This document shows, in pieces, positions 62,965 to 64,000 of a DNA stretch of 64,000 nt. How positions within the stretch are numbered: position 1 is the stretch's first letter; each line of letters starts with the position of its first letter. The stretch covers positions 32,001-96,000 of the forward strand of contig JAVRCV020000053.1 of the NCBI GenBank assembly GCA_034530615.2, written 5' to 3'. The notes beneath the pieces were generated by a model. The model saw only the letters and a program-made list of their open reading frames with translations. It had not been told where the DNA came from and ran no database searches. The position numbers were made by a program, and so were the translations under genes. Source of the stretch: Aulosira sp. ZfuVER01. Lineage in GTDB: Bacteria > Cyanobacteriota > Cyanobacteriia > Cyanobacteriales > Nostocaceae.

Positions 62965-62982
62965 TTGTCAAAATTTTGACAA
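62965..62982. promoter_or_regulatory. Perfect 18-bp palindrome (TGTCA-N6-TGACA)
   Basis: ttgtcaaaattttgacaa in the divergent promoter region. Confidence 0.5.
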
Positions 62983-62998
62983 CAAACTTAAAATTCTG

Positions 62999-63028
62999 CT
63001 TTACCAAAGATTAACCCTCTGTTAACCT
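62999..63028 (+). promoter_or_regulatory. Pho-box-like triple repeat
   Basis: CTTTACCA-aag-ATTAACCC-tct-GTTAACCT, 11-bp period. Confidence 0.6.
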
Positions 63029-63158
63029 TGCTTGTTTTACCCTAGCGTGTACTCCGATCGTTGCATCTGAAATATAGAGCATCGCAGTTAACGGCGATAA
63101 ATCATACGTGCTGATGCAAAACATAGGTGGAAAAACAACCAATTGCGGGGCAGTTTTT

Positions 63159-63542
63159 ATGTTAAGTGCTGTACAAACTCTCGGTATATTTCAAAAACAA
63201 CCAGATCCGAAAATATTTTCAGCTGGACAAGTTATCTTTCAAGCAGGAGAACCTGGTGATTGTATGTATGGCATTCTAGAAGGAGAGGTTGATATATTAG
63301 TTGATGGCAAGGTCGTAGAAACAATTGAAGCTGGAGAAGTTTTTGCTATAGGAGCTTTGGTAGGGGTAAAAAATAGAACTTATACAGCTATTGCCAAGAC
63401 AGATTGTCAACTTGCTTTCCTGAATGAACAAAGGTTTCTGTTTGTAGTGCAAGAAACTCCTATGTTCGCCCTGCAAGTGATGAAAAATTACTCAGAACGT
63501 TTGACTCGTGTTGAGAAACAGCTATCCAGCCTTACAGTTTAA
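63159..63542 (+). CDS. Stand-alone cyclic nucleotide-binding domain protein
   Basis: GQVIFQAGEPGDCMYGILEGEV, RTYTAIAKTDC; no HTH. Confidence 0.85.
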   Translation: MLSAVQTLGIFQKQPDPKIFSAGQVIFQAGEPGDCMYGILEGEVDILVDGKVVETIEAGEVFAIGALVGVKNRTYTAIAKTDCQLAFLNEQRFLFVVQETPMFALQVMKNYSERLTRVEKQLSSLTV

Positions 63543-63580
63543 TACCGGTTCAAAAAATCTTTGCAACACATCAAGAATCT

Positions 63581-63608
63581 GTAGGGGCGCAAAGTCTTGC
63601 GCCCCTAC
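63581..63608. repeat. REP-like GTAG palindrome
   Basis: gtaggggcgcaa-agtc-ttgcgcccctac. Confidence 0.75.
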
Positions 63609-63668
63609 CCAATCTATCTGTCAATCCACCCCCTTGTGGGTGGAGTTTTTTATTTTTTTGGTATTCCC

Positions 63669-64000
63669 TTAACTAACTACGGCTTCTGCTTTTTCCTGCA
63701 CAGGTGGCACATAAGGTTTTTCTGCACCTTGGGCGAGATACTCTGCTAGCTGAGTTTCAATTTGATCGCGCACAATTTGGCGATATTCGAGAAAATGCTC
63801 GTTGTGGGCACAGGCTGAGAGGTAATGCTCGGCAACTCCTGGGTTATGCTTGATGATGCTAAATAAGTGATGCCAGAATTTCCAGCGGGTTTCGCGTTTG
63901 ATGCCTTGTCGCCAGATGACAATCAACAGCGCTTTAATGACTATCAACTCTGGCCATTTAAATGGGGCTTTCCAAGTTGGCGCACCCATCATTAAAAAGC
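63669..64000 (-). CDS. 3' end of a probable B12-binding radical SAM protein (DUF4070 tail), partial
   Basis: IVIWRQGIKRETRWKFW...HFLEYRQIVRDQIE; runs off the window edge. Confidence 0.7.
   Translation of the reverse strand, partial: FLMMGAPTWKAPFKWPELIVIKALLIVIWRQGIKRETRWKFWHHLFSIIKHNPGVAEHYLSACAHNEHFLEYRQIVRDQIETQLAEYLAQGAEKPYVPPVQEKAEAVVS

Overview
Gene-dense window from a filamentous cyanobacterium, probably Nostocales. This rests on abundant HIP1 octamers (GCGATCGC), heptameric STRR arrays and small dispersed repeats, plus ccmP, petBD, ctpA and cyAbrB. It holds two pstSCAB phosphate-transport operons (one led by an ArsR/SmtB repressor with an upstream operator) and an extra degenerate pstB. 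Other genes include a delta-9 desaturase, an FdhF/YdeP-FdhD molybdoenzyme module, glpD and glpK, galK, xseAB, murF, a ClC channel, cbiB, pyrR, a membrane-anchored NTPase-TPR protein, a 5'-nucleotidase and a lipoxygenase. The most notable observations are: (1) a TetR regulator fused to an apparently catalytically dead tyrosine-recombinase domain, with twin palindromic operators shared with the divergent desaturase; (2) an orphan Nif11-type peptide precursor between glpD and glpK beside an unannotated, frameshifted integrase relic; (3) an unannotated 39-aa hydrophobic ORF in a type I toxin-antitoxin-like layout; (4) several candidate sRNAs and long RNA hairpins; (5) Pho-box-like arrays at unexpected genes; (6) a truncated gmd pseudogene. 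No rRNA, tRNA, CRISPR array or intact transposase was seen. All calls come from reading motifs by eye; no searches were run.
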